Of a stretch of 64,000 nucleotides of DNA, positions 1 through 12,299 are shown piece after piece. The translations under genes and the position numbers were made by a program. The DNA is from Podarcis erhardii (Eukaryota). The notes under the pieces are model-generated. The model was not told the origin of the DNA. It was given only the letters and a program-made list of their open reading frames with translations, and did not search any database. Position 1 is the first letter of the stretch, and each line of letters opens with the position of its first letter. The DNA lies in NCBI GenBank assembly GCA_964252035.1, contig OZ176207.1; one strand, given 5' to 3'.

Positions 1-1658
1 GGGTGCTTGCTACCTAGCGATAGCCAATGGGAGTGTTGCCATGAGGGTATCCTCTCTTGGATTAGATTGAGGTAAGAGAAGCATTTCTTTCAGTTGCTGG
101 GGGCCAGATTGTAATTTCCTTTTGCAGCTAGAGTTGGGATCCCAGTAAAAGATGCACCAATCTAGTACAAAAGGGGGTCTTTTAGCTGGACACCGGTTGT
201 GTTTGTTTGTCTGGAGCTTCTGCTAAGTGTAGTTTAATTCTGTTGGTTTTTACCTTTTCCTCTTTTGTTCCTAGTTTGTGCTAGGTATCTTCCTAAGCTT
301 AGTCTCTCAATATGAACTTTCCTTCTAGAAAGGTTAGATATTTACTTTACTTTTAAAGCAAAGCTCAGAGTCTGGCCCCCCTTGCTGGCATGGGCCCTGG
401 CAACCTGATTGTGCCATTATAATCTGACCAAGGGTACTCAGTTGCAGTCTGTTTGCATTGGCTTGATACTGCAAGATCTCTTAGTGCCCAGATTTTGTTC
501 TGTTTTGTTTGGGTTTGTTGCTCCCTCCCACTCTATTTTCTTTTCATGATTCAAGACTTTAGTATAAAAATCCAAATCATGGCCACAGTGGAAACAAGAC
601 ATGTGGACTATTTTCTTCAAGTTGCAAATTTCATATTTAATTAATTCCTTTGAGGTTTCTGTTTTCCCCAGCCACAATAACAAAGTTCCACACTGGATTT
701 AGGAAAGTTGGGCAAGTAAAAAAATGTGTCTATTGTGGCCAGTCAGTCTTTTTAAAAATGGACTGTGTTAGCTTTTTTTTAATCCAAGCATGAACTAATC
801 AAAGTATAGATCTCATGAAAGTGAATTTTAATACAATCAAATTGAAATATATTAGTTTTCTAAACACAAGAACAAAATTTCCCTTCTACAAATGCAGTCA
901 TTTTTTTCCTTATATATTTCTTTGGAAAAAGCCATTTATCTTCTACAAGAAGAGGAAAAAGGTTATAGTCATTATGAGAAGCATTGTTATAAAATAAAAA
1001 AAATACTTAAGGCTAATTTGTTCCACCTTTAGAGCACATTTCTAGGTTTTACTAATGGAATGTATCAAATTACTTGAGTAAAGTGGTAATGGTTGCAACT
1101 CAGGGCCCAGTATAACTAAAGGTGGAACAGTTTGGCCTTAAGATGGGCAATATTGTACAGATTCTTGCTTGGAGTTAAGAAGAAGTGATACTAATAAATC
1201 ACCTTGGCTTAAAGAACAAGCAAATTGTGCAGAGTATGCTTATCTTCTTTAAAAAACAGTGCTATACAAAAATATTTGCATAGTAACATTTCAAGCACAA
1301 AGTCACTAGAGAGCTTACAAAGGCCTTTAAATGAGAAAGTGTGCTGCTTTGAAAGACAGACAATTTGGAGCTATCAATGTAAACTTGGGGGGGGGGGGAA
1401 CAGTCAGTGTCCTTTCTTACAGAAATGTCTTTTCTTACAGCTAACTAAAGTATTGGTTCAAAAAGTATTTTTGTACAGCAGGTGTAACAGTCGTAAGGAA
1501 TAATCCAAAATGCCCAGGTTCCTCATATTACAGCAGAAAAAGTTTGTTCAACATTTCAAACGAGGCACTAGTTTCACATATTTTTGAATCCGTTCACAAT
1601 CAAAATGTTCCAGTCCATCTAAAGATGACTTGCAAGTATTTCTCAGCATCCAGAAATC

Positions 1659-1829
1659 TTAGTGAAATGAGTCCTCAGAAGGTGGTGCATAAGAAAATCC
1701 AATGAATGCATCGTCTGCTTCCAGCACACTGGCATTTACAATATTACAGTCAGAAGAAATGCAAACTGAACAGGGTACCATTTCTTCTGTAAATGCTGTG
1801 TCAAAGTTTCTGATGTCATCTGGACCAGA
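1659..1829 (-). CDS. SGK3: SGK3 last coding exon (exon 17): [56 protein letters not shown]
   Basis: Acceptor cctag|TCTGGT, hydrophobic motif FIGFSY, TAA at 1661-1659. Confidence 0.96.
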   Translation of the reverse strand, partial: SGPDDIRNFDTAFTEEMVPCSVCISSDCNIVNASVLEADDAFIGFSYAPPSEDSFH

Positions 1830-2410
1830 CTAGGAAATAAAACATACAAATTGTTGTAAGAAAAAGGTATGGTTTCTACCTCTTGTGTGTCATATTTCAG
1901 TTCAAACTGGGAAGGTCTATTAATTTATCAACAAACAATTTATCAGCAAAATAATCAATGGTGCAATCTTACCAGGGAGAGTGTCCCAGAATCCATAGTA
2001 TATTGTGGACCTCCCTCTCTATGGGTGGAAGTAATGGAGGGAACCAAAAATAAAAATAGTTGTCCATACCTTCTGCCCTGGCCAGGACAAGCGGGCAGGG
2101 CTTAGGAAATAGCAGTAGCTCCACCACAGATCTTTACACCCTGATAGGATTGCTTTGCTAGTGTTAGTATATCTCATCATTATGATTACTTTAAAGCTCT
2201 GCTTGAAACTTTTTTTAAAAAATGTCCTTTTTGCATATTTCCCTTTTTAAAGTTATTTGATACCATGATAGATTTTTTTCATGCCTTCCTTCCAACTAAG
2301 CATTTGAATTTGATTACAATTATTGCTGCTGTTTTTTATAGCTAACCGTAATTACTTCTTGAATGAGTTCTTATATTCCAGTTTACTGAAGTATGAACTA
2401 TTGTACCTAC

Positions 2411-2500
2411 CACATTAGGATTAAATGGCGGTGGGATCTTTTTTTGTTCGAGGTCAGTCCAGCTGAGAGATTCAAAGAAGGGATGCCTCTGAATTTCAAG
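2411..2500 (-). CDS. SGK3: SGK3 exon 16: [30 protein letters not shown]
   Basis: tttcag|CTT ... GTG|gtaggt; 90 nt; AGC C-terminal tail. Confidence 0.96.
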
Positions 2501-2570
2501 CTGAAATACAACGTACAATTGCATGATACATATACACTTGTCTTATACTGATCAGAAAGCAGTCTTTTGC

Positions 2571-3708
2571 CTTTGTCAAGTACTTTGCTGATTTTTATAA
2601 AAAGGGAACAGAAAAGATACCAAAGATAGAGGAATATCTCTAAAAGAGTAATTTACCAAAAATAAAAACAGGTAAGTTAGCAGTATTAAATGAAGAAATA
2701 ACAGGGCAAGAAGTCTTAAATGCAGTAGGTCAAGCAAAAGTTGATAAATCGCCTGGACTGGATGGGCTATCAGCTAAGTATTACAAGAAACTGAGTGAAC
2801 AGTTTGTGAACCCTCTAAATGATCTGATGAGTGAAATTCTAAAAATAGGGAAGGTTCCAGAGACATGGAAAGAAGCATATATAACACTAATTCCAAAACA
2901 AGAGTCAGTTAAAAATTATAGACCTATTTCTCTATTAAACAATGATTACAAGCTGTTTGCGTACATCTTAGCAACCAGATTTAAAAAGGCTTTAGAGGAA
3001 TATATTCATAGAGACCAAGCAGGGTTTCTACCAGGTAAACAAATGAAAGATAATATAAGAAATATTTTGAATATAATAGAATACCTGGAAGTTAGAAATG
3101 AAAAACAAGCGGCCCTAATGTTTATAGACACAGAGAAAGCCTTTGATAATATCTCTTGGGACTTTATGGAAAAAGTCCCAGAAGAGATGGAATTTGAAGA
3201 AAATATATGAGGGGAGTCCAAGCTATTTACTCAGAACAAAGAGCAAAACTAATTTATGTATGCTGCAACAGAAGCAAGAATCTTGATTGCACAATATTGT
3301 AAGACAAAAGAAATACCATCAAAGGAATAATGGCAAGAAAAGCTAATGAAGTATGCAGAATTGGCTAAGCTAACAGACAAACTACAAGAGGACAAAAAGG
3401 ACTTCAAAGGAGTCTGGGAACTATTTACAGTTTATTTGCAGAAACAACAGAATGGACTGGATTCACTGGCAGGATTTGAATAAACTTTTACAACTTCATT
3501 TGAGTAACAGATATTTTAGAGAAATGATAAGGGATTTTATTTTTGTGTAGGAAAAGCAGGGTACGATAAATAAAACTAAATAACTCAGCGTGGGGGGGGG
3601 GGTTGAGGTAAGTCCAGAGGAGGGGAGGGAGAATAATTGTAAATAACATGATTAATGAGATTTGTATCATTAATTGTTATAAAATTCAATAAATAATTTT
3701 TTTTTAAA
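2571..3708 (+). mobile_element. L1-clade LINE, 5'-truncated and internally deleted ORF2 plus 3' UTR
   Basis: ORF 2806-3210 has L1 RT motifs (KSPGLDG just upstream, YRPISLLNNDYK, DQAGF, DTEKAFD). The ORF2 C-terminus follows (FMYAATEARILIAQY...LAGFE*), then a G-run and an A-rich end. A 15-bp TSD aaagcagtcttttgc lies at 2556-2570 and 3709-3723. Confidence 0.9.
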
Positions 3709-4080
3709 AAAGCAGTCTTTTGCTGCCAACAAATTAGACCTCTGTAATATGCTAGAATAATATATTTCACAAGGCAAATATCCTACAGGAGCATAACTAC
3801 TTGGGTGTTACATATGTTTTCAGTTTGTGCTGAGCCAGCCAAGCTAAAGAAATAGTCCTAATTGGAAAATGCTTTTTGTTTACTTAAAGCAACTGCAGTA
3901 GCCAGACTCAGATTATTTAAATGGTTCCTATCAATAAATTTCCACACCTTTTAGGATTGCCTTGGCAACTGATAATTTTCAAAGGAAAGTCAATATTTAT
4001 AATTCTAAACTGATGTTATAGCTCTAAGCTTGACATTGCCTATTGATTGATTGATTTGTTTCTTCAGATACATTACGTAC

Positions 4081-4236
4081 AAAATCTTCTCTAGCTCCAA
4101 GTCTGTTTTGTCTCTCCTTCTCCAAAAGTTCTTCCAGAATAGACCAAGCCGTAAGACTGATGCCTGGCCTTAAATGTAGGGGTTTGTGGAGAATATTTTC
4201 ATACATTTCAGCAACATCACGGCAGTAAAAGGGTGG
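4081..4236 (-). CDS. SGK3: SGK3 exon 15: [52 protein letters not shown]
   Basis: ccag|CCA ... TTT|gtacgt; 156 nt. Confidence 0.96.
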
Positions 4237-5281
4237 CTGGAGAGGGCAAGGAAAACACACAATTAGGATGCTAAACTAAAAATCACTAGGCTTATTCAAG
4301 AAATGTCGATAAATGAATAATTTTGAATGTTCACTCATGCTAGATTGGACAGAGTTCACTTCAGAGATCACAAGGCAGAATAGTCAAGAACATCTGTTTA
4401 ATCTGTGTAGCAAGTTCATGTCATATAAAGGCAAGAAAGGGGCTTTTTTGACCACCACTTTGGACCACTTGTCTCTTGGATACTCATAAAGTAGCTTATG
4501 AAGCACTATCAGCCCTTCTTAATAGCTGATTTAAGAATTTTGCTGAAAACTGTTATACACCAGAACAATATAAATAGCAACTATATACAAAAATTGCTTG
4601 TAGTGCAAGCAATTGTGTGGCCTTTTGTGAGGTCAGTAAAGCATTTTATAATAAAGAGAGAAGAGGAAGAGTAACCCTCCCCAGCATTCTCCTAAATGCA
4701 GGAAAAACATGCTCTTCAGCATAAGTATTACAAGCCTGTAATAGATACATTTTACTCTAGTATCAAGGAGAAATACAAGAGCAAATGAGAACATGTTGTT
4801 TATGTCCTGGACATTGACACTGGCAGCCTTTTCTAGCTAATTCCATTCTATTTAGCAATGAATAGCATCATTGCCACTTCAGTTGTCTGTTCCATCTGTG
4901 CTGGGTGACATAATCTGTTTCCAGTAGAAAGTCAGGAAATTAACAACATAAAACCAAAAGCAGCACTAGACAATGCAACAAGATCTGCTAAGTATTTATC
5001 AAATTTTATTAGGCAGTCAAACCCAACAAAACCAAGTAACCTGTTCATAAATATGAATCTGGAATGTGTAAGATGTGTTCTTAATATTGTGAATGATAGG
5101 AACAGTTCTGTGAAATCAGAGCATTGGTGCCTCTGATCCAACATCCCATTTCCAGCAGTGAAACGCCACAATAGGACAGGAAGACAAAGATTCTCCTCTG
5201 TTTCCCCACAACAACCGCTTTGCAGAGACATCTGGAAGTACTGCTTTAAATATGATGCGTGAAAAACATGAAAATACTTAC

Positions 5282-5377
5282 CAGACCATATAGCATTTCA
5301 TACAAAACAGCACCAAGGCACCACCAGTCCACTGTGTTGTCATAGGGTTGCTTTCTGATCACCTCTGGGGCCAGGTA
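5282..5377 (-). CDS. SGK3: SGK3 exon 14: [32 protein letters not shown]
   Basis: tag|TAC ... CTG|gtaagt; 96 nt; kinase subdomains VIII-IX. Confidence 0.96.
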
Positions 5378-6208
5378 CTATAGAGGAAAAGAAGTTTGAC
5401 TACTTACTCAGAGAGACAGCTCCTCTTGCCAAATGAAATATTGCATGAGAGAGTATTGTTACTCTGATGAAGGCAGCTCAAAAATGTCTTGATTATAATC
5501 TAGTAATATTAGAAATCACTAATAACATTTCTGTGCACTCATTGCCTTTGCTGTTCTGTTCTAACGAAAAGATTCTGTAAGCTCTCTAGAAAGCTTGGTC
5601 CACTGTTAAAGAATCCTTAGAGTCAGGTCTGTGCAGAGATTGTCTGAGACCCAGAATGGGAGTCTTGTTAGAATAAAGTTATAAACACAAACAAAAAGGC
5701 AGCCAGTGCCTGGCTGGACCATCCGGCCAACTTAGCCTTCTAAGGCACAGGGTATGTGTACCTGGCTGTCCCCAGTCTGCATGGGCCTGATTATAGTTAA
5801 CTGTAACTTTGAGAAATAGTGTCCAAATGTACTTCCCCCCTTCTTCCCTTTGTGTTGCATCTTTTAGGTTGTCAGCCTGAGGGAAGAGACCCTCCTTTTT
5901 AAAAAAATGATCTGAAAGCCTTTTTGGCTGAAGAGTGGGGTACCAATGCATTAAATAAATAATAAAATAGCATTCCCCCCCAATGTTTAGACTGTGTTCA
6001 TTTTCTTACAATGTATACTTAAAATATTGTTTCCAAGTCTGTCACTACAAAGCCCATATATGCACTAACATTTTCCCCACTAAGAAAACATAGCAGCTGA
6101 AATGATTTTGCCCTTGTGACAAAGCCTATGAGTTTGCTTTTCAGTAAAAAGAGCACCAGCACAGAGTAGCATGTAGCTTGTCTCTTACATTGGTACAGAC
6201 CCACTGAT

Positions 6209-6283
6209 TCATAGAATCATAGAATCATAGAGTTGGAAGAGACCACAAGGGCCATCGAGTCCAACCCCCTGCCAAGCAGGAAA
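6209..6283 (-). mobile_element. CR1 LINE extreme 3' end
   Basis: The reverse complement ends TTCCAACTCTATGATTCTATGATTCTATGA, the CR1 octamer tail. Confidence 0.75.
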
Positions 6284-6343
6284 CAAACACTTCCTCCCCA
6301 CCACAGCAAGGTTTTGCAAAATTCACTGCAAAATATTTTCTTA

Positions 6344-6544
<201 letters not shown>

Positions 6545-6555
6545 TTAATGCCTAC

Positions 6556-6592
6556 CAGTGAATCTAGAAGGATATTCTCTGGCTTCAAATCC
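6556..6592 (-). CDS. SGK3: SGK3 exon 12: (R)DLKPENILLDSL
   Basis: ccag|GGAT ... CTG|gtaggc; 37 nt; catalytic loop. Confidence 0.95.
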
Positions 6593-6839
6593 CTGGTCAC
6601 ACACAAAAAAAGAAACAGATAGTTCAGAATAGGATTGTAAGTAGCACGTTTAGCAAATAATACCCACTGTCTTACATAAGCTTTTAAAAAGAAAACAGGC
6701 CTCTGTGGAAACCATGCTTTGTGAGCATGAGAAACAAATGCACATACAATAATACAAAATGCTGGCATTCAGCTTTGTGGTCATTTAGACTACAACTAAA
6801 TGTTGTAAATTATTACCTGTAATTATTATAAATTATTAC

Positions 6840-6952
6840 CTGTATACAATGTTTATGGAGTGTAGGTAACCCAATGCACTGGCTATTTCAGCAGCATAAA
6901 ACCTGGCTCTGTGTTCAGGAAAGGAACGCTCTTTTTGCAGATGAAAGAAGAG
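6840..6952 (-). CDS. SGK3: SGK3 exon 11: [37 protein letters not shown](R)
   Basis: tgcag|CTC ... ACAG|gtaata; 113 nt. Confidence 0.96.
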
Positions 6953-7445
6953 CTGCAAATATGCAGAGTGCAAGTTAAAAGAATGCAGCATTAAAAACAA
7001 AATAGATGGTGTCATTCTTAATGATAGATTAGCAGAACTGGCGATTTCCCTATGAACAACTATCAAAACAGTGAAAATAGATTCTCTATGTGAATAATCA
7101 TTCACATCCTTCACATCCTTCCTTTAATCATTTCCTTATTTTGTCACATCTGTAGGCCCAGCATACTTGGGCCACAGCTGGTAAATGAGGTAGATTTATG
7201 TTTAGATGTGGGACTAATATAAACTGCTACTGTGATGGTGTAAGCTGGTTGTTCCATATGCTGAGAATCAACACCATATTTCCAGCAGACTTGCTACAGA
7301 ATCTAAGTGATGCAACAATATAACCATCTTGAATTAAGTTGACTCAGTTCATTATTGCAGCTTCTAAGTGAGTCTAAACTAGCAGTTCTGTCGATTTCAA
7401 TGGGCACCACATTGCCACAATACAAAGACCCAAAAATATACCTAC

Positions 7446-7577
7446 CTCCCCTCCATTAACAAAATCCAGAACAAAGTAAAGCTTCTCTGTAGTTTGGAAT
7501 GAATATTGCAATCCAACTAAAAATGGATGCTTCACATTTTTCAACAGCACATTACGTTCAGCCATAATATGTTTTTG
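7446..7577 (-). CDS. SGK3: SGK3 exon 10: [44 protein letters not shown]
   Basis: gcag|CAA ... GAG|gtaggt; 132 nt. Confidence 0.96.
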
Positions 7578-7660
7578 CTGCAAGGAAGTGAAAGGTCAAT
7601 AAGTAAATAGGAACAATTTGGTAAATGGGAGGGAAAAATTAAATATCTATTTCCTTTCAC

Positions 7661-7744
7661 CTCTTTCCTGTTGAGAATAATCTTTTTCTGCAGCACTTTA
7701 ACGGCATAGAACTTCCCATCCAGTTTTCGTTTTGCAAGAAGAAC
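7661..7744 (-). CDS. SGK3: SGK3 exon 9: [28 protein letters not shown]
   Basis: ttcag|GTT ... GAG|gtgaaa; 84 nt; catalytic Lys (YAVK). Confidence 0.96.
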
Positions 7745-7885
7745 CTGAAGAAGAATTTGCACATAGTGTGAAAGTCTGTTCTTGCACTAAAGTGTTAAAA
7801 GTAAAGGAACACCACTAAATTTCAACTTCTTAGCTTTTCACAAATACACAGAGGATGCAGCCTTTATTAAGACTATCTGTCCCTG

Positions 7886-8050
7886 TAATAATAATATTAA
7901 CAACAACAACAATAATAATAATTTATATCCCGCCCTCCCTAGCCAAAGCTGAGCTCAGAGCAGCTAACAACAGTAAAAATAACACAGTTTACATAAAATC
8001 ACAATCAATTAATTGAAATACATTCTAAAATCAATTCATTCTAAAATGTA
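7886..8050 (-). mobile_element. L2-type LINE 3' UTR/tail fragment
   Basis: (AAC)/(AAT) tail plus atttatatcccgccctccc...gctcagagcagctaaca, similar to the tail at 53.33-53.4 kb. Confidence 0.6.
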
Positions 8051-8297
8051 GACCACTATTGCTACTCTTTCAGGCGGCAGCCACCCAGGACCTAAGGCAG
8101 AGGTTTCTCTCATCACCTGCCAGCTATTCCTTTTTCCACTGGAGATGTAAAGGATTGAACATATAACTCCCTGTACGCAATACATGTGCTATAATCCCTC
8201 ACCTCATGCCATCAGCAAAAGTGGATTTCTCCACAAAAGAAGCTCAGGTGGAAAAGTATGACAGAAGAATACGTAAAACAATTAAAATTAGGCCTAC

Positions 8298-8355
8298 CTT
8301 GCCAAAGCTGCCCTTCCCAATAACTCTCAGGAAGTCAAAGTCTGTTGGTTTAGCA
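8298..8355 (-). CDS. SGK3: SGK3 exon 8: (H)AKPTDFDFLRVIGKGSFGK
   Basis: ccag|TGCT ... AAG|gtaggc; 58 nt; glycine-rich loop. Confidence 0.96.
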
Positions 8356-8413
8356 CTGGAAGGGATTGAGGAAAAAGAGGGTTACTTAAAGTAGTCAAGA
8401 TGGTAAGACAGTA

Positions 8414-8769
8414 AAGGTACCCCTGCCCGTACGGGCCAGTCGTGTCCAACTCTAGGGTTGTGCGCCCATCTCACTTAAGAGGCCGGGGACCAGCGCTGTC
8501 CGGAGACACTTCCGGGTCACGTGGCCAGCGTGACGAAGCTGCTCTGGCGAGCCAGCACCAGCACAGCACACGGAAACGCCGTTTACCTTCCCGCTATAAA
8601 GTGATACCTATTTATCTACTTGCACTTAGGGGTGCTTTCAAACTGCTAGGTGGGCAGGAGCTGGGACCGAAAGACAGGAGCTCACCCCGCCACAGGGATT
8701 CGAACCGCCAACCATGCAATCGGCAAGCCCTAGGCGCTGAGGTTTTACCCACAGCACCACCCGCGTCCC
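8414..8769 (-). mobile_element. Sauria SINE (Squam1), full length
   Basis: tRNA-like head GGGACGCGGGTGGTGCTGTGG...GGTTCGAATCC and ACCTTT-type tail; near-flanking 13-bp direct repeat tggtaagacagta at 8401-8413 and 8773-8785. Confidence 0.9.
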
Positions 8770-9251
8770 TTCTGGTAAGACAGTAGCCATGGTTTTATTT
8801 AGCAGTCCAATGACAGACATGGCACACATTCCAGCGATCATTATTTATCTTCCAAGTGACCATCCCTTCTATATTATCTGTACTCTCTCCACAATTCCCA
8901 TTTAGCCATCAGGCATCTACTCCTTTGCAGCCTCTCTGAGCAACAACCAATCCACATAGCATTTCCTGCTTTATTCATCACTGTCCCCCACATTTGTTTT
9001 TGCTTGCTTGTTTTTGCTCAACATTTGTTTCACCAGATTCCCAGAACTTTGTCATTCCCCCTTTGGTTTGCACTAAGCTCACAAGAAATATTATCTTGGT
9101 ACTGATTTGAGAAGGAGGAACTTATTCTAAAGCTGTTCAAAAGGGCAAATACATGCATGGAGTTGCTCAAAAGGGCAAATACATGCATGGATTTATTTCA
9201 TGGTTAATAAATTCAGTCTAACGTTTGGTTTATATTTAACTAAAAACCTAC

Positions 9252-9301
9252 TGAGGGTTTCCAGATGGCCCCAGGTTGATATTCTGTGAGGTAGAGTTTA
9301 G
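9252..9301 (-). CDS. SGK3: SGK3 exon 7: LNSTSQNINLGPSGNP(H)
   Basis: aacag|CTA ... CA|gtaggt; 50 nt. Confidence 0.95.
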
Positions 9302-9907
9302 CTGTTGAAAGAAAGAGGATACAAAAGAATAATAAGAGTCACATCAAGGTTTTAATTATTTTTATTTGCTAGAACATTTATTCCTACATTCTCAAGAGCA
9401 GACCTATCAATCTCAATAGATCTACCCTAACTAAGTATGACTAATGATTCTATAAGATCAGACAACACTTTGTACACCTAGCACTGAATAATAGATGAAC
9501 AAAGTATGTATACAAGGCTTTAAAGTAAGTAGTGAGAGATCTGGCCTTGAGTATTTCCTTAGAACTAGGATAATCTCAGAGCAGTTTTGATGATAAGCAA
9601 GCAGCATCTGCTGTTGTTATGTTTACTATTTTAACATCCTAGATGTGCTTGTAACTTGTTATATTTATAACCAATATTATAAATATAATAGTCATAAACT
9701 TTACTGGAACACAGGATGCATGGCAATAAAATAGGCAGAAGAATAGAAAGTAGTCTAAGATTCAAATAGTGGAATTACCGTTTATGAAATAGTATGTGGA
9801 CTTAGAATTCTAATTACAGATGAGGATATACAAGCAGTGCCTTACTTTCCATTGCACTGTACAACAAATCCACACTTTCTAGGAAGGAACCCAGAGGTTT
9901 TAATTAC

Positions 9908-9995
9908 CTTTTGACTGTTCCTTTCATCTTCATCTTCAGATGGATCATAATGGTGCTTTGGATTGTTCATCTGAAGAAATGCTTGGACATCTGGG
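9908..9995 (-). CDS. SGK3: SGK3 exon 6: (H)[29 protein letters not shown]
   Basis: tttag|CCCA ... AAG|gtaatt; 88 nt. Confidence 0.95.
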
Positions 9996-10330
9996 CTAAA
10001 AAAAAGGGTGGAGGTTAAATCCATCCATTATAAATAATAGTACATTTATACTTTTACAATGTGAACAGAGGAAGCTTCTCTATTTCACTACTTTCAGAAA
10101 GAAACATTACCAAATTTCTATTTTATCTGCACACAAGCAGAAATAAAACAGGAGCAGAAACTATAATGACTACGTAAAATGGAAACTGAATCAAATCAGG
10201 GAGTGAATCTACCTGCATTATTCCCTATTTTTATTCAATTTCCATGTTATAATTTCAGGAAGTTGCCAAACTTGCCTCAGCTGGCTTATGTCCTACCATG
10301 GAATAGGTACTGCTCTGTATTCGTACAATT

Positions 10331-10466
10331 CAGGCATAGGCAAACTCGGCCCTCCAGATGTTTTGGGACTATAACTCCCATCATCCCTAGCTAATAGGAC
10401 CAGTGGTCAGGGATGATAGGCATTGTAGTCCCAAAACATCTGGAGGGCCGAGTTTGCCTATGCCTG
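10331..10466. mobile_element. hAT-type MITE, 136 bp palindromic (family A, copy 1)
   Basis: Long TIR CAGGCATAGGCAAACTCGGCCCTCCAGATGTTTTGGGACTA; perfect 8-bp TSD gtacaatt. Confidence 0.9.
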
Positions 10467-11972
10467 GTACAATTGTTATATCCCTTGTGGATGGGTATAA
10501 TAACAATGCCTCCCCCTTTAATCAGGGAACATAAGGAGGTACATTTGGAAAGAGGCACTGCTGGAGAGATACAGGCCTTTGACCTTGAAGGTTTTAAAGG
10601 CTGCTGTCAGCACCTTCAGTCACCTTCAGTTGGACCTGGAAACTAAAAGAAGCCCACATGGCTGAGCCAGAACTGGAACAACGTGACCCATATTTCTCAA
10701 GAGAAGCTCAGCATGCTGCAGTAGCTGAGGCTTCCGAACAGTCTCCAAAAGGCAGCTCAGTGTAGAGCACTGTGCAATAGCCAATTCAAGAGTGCATCAA
10801 GTCTAAATGGCCCAGGGAGGATTACAAATCAGGGAACAAGAGTGGGTGTTTCAAATCTTTAAAGCATGTTGTCCACATCCTTGGACAACAGGAGTTTAAA
10901 ATACCTATCAGGAGTGGAGCATCAGATAATTCAGATACTGCTCTCAGACTTCACGAAATTTGTGTGGGTGGATGCAAGAGATTTTATCTGATAAAATGTT
11001 TAAGAGATAGATTTATTTTAACATGAAAGCTCAATTGACAACATTTGGGCTTTTTAATCACCTTAGCACAGAATTAAAATGGAGCTTTAAACTTCACCCA
11101 AGTTTTCTTCCCATCTCTCCAGCAGCCTCATATAATAGAGCTCTGGATTAAAACCAGGAACACGCCCAAGACCACTGTCTGATAAGGTAATGTCTAAATT
11201 CAATTGCATCATGAGCCAGACCACATTTGTCAATTTCATTAAGCCACCAGGCTGGTGACAGGAAGGCTGGAATCAACAGGCAAATTCCTCAGAAAGTTCT
11301 GGAATCAGTCTCTGAAGATGGACCAGTCAGAGAAGCTCAAATTTTGTACCCTCATTAATCTTATTGAAGCACTTCAAGAACATCTAACTCTGCATAGAGA
11401 CATGTGTCTAAGAAAAACAGTATGTCTGGGCTTCTTTTCAGATTCTTTAAGGTGCTAACATGTTTTGCCAACTAGTGAAACTGCACAGTCTAGAAACCTC
11501 TGTTTCTTCTATTTAGATAAAGTGTAAATTCAAAATATTCTTGAGGCTTGAATGATGATCATCAAAGGCATGCACAATATTTAATTATAATTTTATATTT
11601 ATGAAATTAACAGCTTTGAGAACTTTCCTTTGGGATGGAAAGGTAGGATTTTTAAAAATCTCATAATAAGTCTTATTTAGGGAAGTCAATGACAGATGAA
11701 CATTAGACCTTCCTTCCTGGAGCAAACTAGTCCATCTAGTTGAGCATTCTGTCTAATCACGGTCAGCCAGATGCCCCTGAAATACTTTCAAGGACGACCT
11801 CGTGGTGATTAGCCTTTCCTTTTTGCATGTGTAGCATCTGGTAGTCACAGGTGCATTTTTTTAAAAAAATCTGCTTATAGTGGAGCACTTAGAAGCAATT
11901 TGTAAATAGCTTCCTTATACGTTTGATAACATACCCTTATTTCTAGGAAAATATATGTGTGTGTTAACTTAC

Positions 11973-12048
11973 TGATTGCAAAGTTCTGGCTGTCGTACTA
12001 AATTCTGAATGAATTCATTCAACCCTGCTCTTCTCTGCTTAATGAAAT
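11973..12048 (-). CDS. SGK3: SGK3 exon 5: (D)[24 protein letters not shown](H)
   Basis: tttcag|ATTT ... CA|gtaagt; 76 nt; PX domain. Confidence 0.96.
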
Positions 12049-12299
12049 CTGAAAGAAAATTAGGAAGGACCATGTTAATCAGTTCCATAATGTAAAGAGA
12101 CAAAGGCCCACATGCTCCTGTTATCCTGACTGTATCCTCTAAGGGTCAATGGGTTGGTGAAACTGACTAGACCAGACTGCAAGAAACTTCTGGTCTTCAG
12201 ACAAATAAGAGGTCTTACAAAAAAAATAAGAGATACACAAATACATGTGAATACGCACCAATCCTTTCAAACAACAGTTTTAGTTCCACAAATGTTTCA

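Noticed and set aside
1-430. Possible LTR-like sequence at the window start
   Set aside because: Truncated by the window edge, with no termini, TSD or second copy to support it.
600-1658. SGK3 polyadenylation site
   Set aside because: Only ATTAAA variants (minus strand, near 636, 778 and 827) are present and I cannot choose among them, so the 3' end is left unassigned.
2806-3210. 134-aa reverse-transcriptase ORF as a functional gene
   Set aside because: Truncated L1 fragment lacking catalytic motifs, with flanking stops and frameshifts.
10480-11460. Coding-looking stretch in SGK3 intron 5
   Set aside because: Short ORFs with no recognisable motif; probably decayed retroelement.
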